In this document: in pieces, positions 61,101 through 64,000 of the stretch
Numbering within the stretch: the first letter of the stretch is position 1
Layout of the letters: every line of letters begins with the position of its first letter
Origin: Nemertoderma westbladi
Taxonomy: Eukaryota; Animalia; Xenacoelomorpha
Direction of reading: 5' to 3'
Assembly (NCBI GenBank): GCA_032718475.1
Contig: JAUCBJ010008050.1
Coordinates: 62,001-126,000 of the forward strand
DNA: 64,000 nt
The notes under the pieces: model-generated
The model's database searches: none
Seen by the model: the letters and a program-made list of their open reading frames with translations, nothing else
What the model was told of the DNA's origin: nothing
Program-made: the position numbers and the translations under genes

Positions 61101-64000
61101 GGTAAGTGAGAAACCCGTTTCTAGGAGAAAGGTAACACCAGTGTGTTATACAGACGACGGCGAAAGCCAGGCCTCTCAAGAGGAGAACAACGGGAAAGAC
61201 ACCGAAAGATCTTACTATGTCAACAAAGCGCCTAAGGACGTAAGTAAATTTAAGTCTCGAACTAGTGACAGGAGAGAACAGGTAACAAAAACTCCTCCTA
61301 CGTCTCCCAAGAGAATTCAGGTGAGAAAGCCCGAAGAAAAAACAAGTGTGCACAATGTTACGCAAAATAAGGTAAGTAACATCAAACCGAAATGTGCGCT
61401 ATGTGATGGGACCCATCGCTTGAATATGTGTGATGAATTCCTAAAGAAATCATTAACTGAGAGACGTGAAGTCATGTGGGATAAGCGGTTGTGTTATAAT
61501 TGCCTCAGACAAGGACACCAATGGCGAACCTGTTACTCTAACACAAGATGTGCCAAGTGCGGTGCGAAACATCATATCTTGTTGCACACTGAATTCGAGC
61601 GAAATAGTGCGAGTCAGGTAAGTGATTCCGAATTACATGTCCAATTCAGTGATGTGAACGACACTGATCAATCTGAGATGGAAGGATTCTATACGGACGA
61701 GTTCTCCGACGAAAACGAATCCTGTTACACGATAAATACCACAGTGTATCGAGCACTCACGTATGAAAAGGATATGGACAGCGACCTCACCCTAACTACT
61801 TCTGATCAACAACCATTTTGGAAAGCGCCAACTTCCAATGTAGGGATTAGAGAATTTCCTGTGGTACAGGTAAGGGTCCACGGACCAAAAAGGAGTTATG
61901 TAGTGAACGCCCTCCTTGACTCCGGTAGTACAGGAACATTCATCGACAAAGAGCTAGCCGAAGACATATTCGCTGGACAACCCAAGTTCCGAACTAAGCT
62001 AAACATGTCAGGAATTATGCAGGTTTGGAAATCTACAGTAACAGCGGATTATTATGTAGGTGCGTTGTCCACCCCCCAGGACGAACTAGGAGAACATAGC
62101 ATAAGATCAGTGAAAATGGTGGCTATAAAGAACTTCGCTACTACTCAAGCAGACCTTTATAATTGGGACGAGGATGAGAGCATCCAACATCTTAAGATAC
62201 CTCGATTCCAGACTGATTATCCTGGAGTGCAAATACTCATCGGCCAAAACGCGCATGAGGCGCTCGAGACATTGGAGAAACGGCCTGCTCAACCGCAGCC
62301 ACTACAAACCTATGCGGTAAGAACTAGAGTAGGTTGGTACTTTACTGGCCCTTCCCGTAGAACTCTCATGGAAAGATTACCGAAAGATCAGGTATATCAA
62401 GTGCGAGAATGGGAAGTTGAGAACAGTGAGTTTGACGATCCAGCTGAGGGAACTCCATACTCCTCAGACAACGACGATATACATCAACTCTTCGATGAGG
62501 AGAATGCCATCGATCTCCTTGAGGAAAGCGAGACTTGGCAAAATCAAGTGAACTTATGTCAACTCCTTCTCCCATCCGAGCGAGACGACTATAACGACGA
62601 GCTTAATGACGTCATTGAACGTTATAATGCCAAGACTCGGGATGAACACGCCGTAAGATTCTTTACTCAAGAGGTTGTAGAGCCCAACTCCTACGATAAG
62701 GCCCTATCGGTGGAGGAAGAAAGAGCCAAGCAGATCCAAGCGACAACTACTCGTTTTCTTAAAGATCAAGGTAGATATGAGATCGGACTTCCTTTCCGAA
62801 AGCGAGAACCAAAGTTCATTAACAACAGACCTTTGGCAGAGAAAAGAATTGCTCAACTACATCGACGTCTTACGGCAAATTCTTCAGCTAAAGAAATGTA
62901 TCAAACGCAGTTGAAGAAGTTTATTAGCAAGGGATATGCGGAGCTAGTACCGGAAGAAACACCTATAACTGAGAGAACGTATTATTTAACTCACCATTAC
63001 GTTCCCAAACCCGGTAAACCCCATGAAGTACGAGTGGTGTTTGACGGTTCCGCCCTTTATATGGGCCAATCTCTTAATTCTGAATTGTTACCCGGACCCA
63101 ACTTACTCCAATCCTTGTTGGGAATACTATTAAGATTAAGACAATACTCCATTGCTTTCGCCTCAGATATAGAAGGCATGTTCTTACAAGTCAAAGCGCT
63201 GGGTAGGGATCGAGATAGCCTACGATTTTTGTGGTGGCCTGAAGGAGACCTCAATAAGAAACCTGTGGAGTACTGAATGACCATCCAAGCCTTTGGGATA
63301 ATCTCGAGCCCTTCAAACGCCTGTTCCGTGGTGCGCACTACTGCGGATGACAACCGAGACGCCTTCTCTAAAGAGGTGATCGAGGAGGTCGCTAAAGGAA
63401 CGGTAGAATGCTTAAAGAAAGGTGGATTTCGACTAACTAAATTCACTAGCAACTCCCGTGAGTTTCTGGAGTCGATCCCGGTAGAAGATCGAGGAACAAA
63501 AGACCTAGATCTAATAAAGGATGATCTCCCAGAAACTAAGACCCTTGGTTTGAAATGGGACACAGAAAGAGATATCCTGTTTTTCCAATTAAAACAGCGA
63601 GATAATCCAGTTCGGACTAAACGGATTTGTTTAAGTATCCTGAGCACTTATTTCGATCCATTGGGATTTATTAGCCCAGTTATATTGATTGCTCGGAGTT
63701 TAGTACAACAAATGTGGCTTGAAAACCACTCATGGGACGATCCACTTAAGGGAGAATTATTATTAAAGAAGTGGATGAAATGGGAAGATTCTCTACCAGC
63801 CATCGAAAACTTTATAATTTCCCATTCATATTTTGGTCATGTTCTCCCTACATATTCATATCAACTCCATGTGTTTGGAGACGCCAGCGATATGGGAATA
63901 GGTATAGTAGCCTACCTAAGGGTGGAAACTCCGGACGGAATCAAAGTCGCCTTGGTTACCTCTAAGGCATTGATAAACAACAAGTTGAAAGTTCCTCGAG
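58105..64000 (+). mobile_element. BEL/Pao gag-pol; 1723-aa ORF to a premature TGA at 63274, frame then open to the window end
   Basis: KFNGD..W..F gag, C..C...H....C / C..C....H....C / C..C...HH..LH zinc knuckles, LLDSGS protease, VRVVFDGS, DIEGMFLQV, KTLGLKW, FDPLG and LHVFGDAS motifs. Confidence 0.96.

Noticed and set aside
63274-63279. Programmed stop-codon readthrough between gag and pol
   Set aside because: The stop lies inside RT at a conserved Arg position and the catalytic motif is also deleted.

Overview
AT-rich metazoan genomic DNA, probably a marine invertebrate (inference only). The main feature is one large intron-rich gene on the minus strand that the ORF track mostly misses. 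I reconstructed 18 GT-AG exons from the ATG at 48061 to an exon ending at 1540. All junction phases are compatible and give 2856 nt (952 codons) with no stop, and the gene continues off the left edge. It encodes a secreted mosaic protein: signal peptide, Caspr/COLFI-like domain, 7 TSP1 or TSP1-like modules, a VOMI beta-prism domain, and at least 1.5 CUB domains. The introns and upstream region are packed with transposons. A 22-kb intron inside the VOMI domain is an RTE LINE split by an LTR element (ATCTA TSD), which itself contains a decayed BEL/Pao element and a piggyBac derivative. That intron also holds a piggyBac-like MITE and a 3 x 1.55-kb tandem amplification. Other introns carry a 16-bp satellite, a MULE-like MITE, L2/Crack, RTE and CRE-clade LINEs, and a fold-back RTE. 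Upstream are two related LTRs head-to-tail, a Penelope element with a hammerhead-like motif, and a BEL/Pao element whose 1723-aa ORF is intact through gag and protease but whose RT is disabled.
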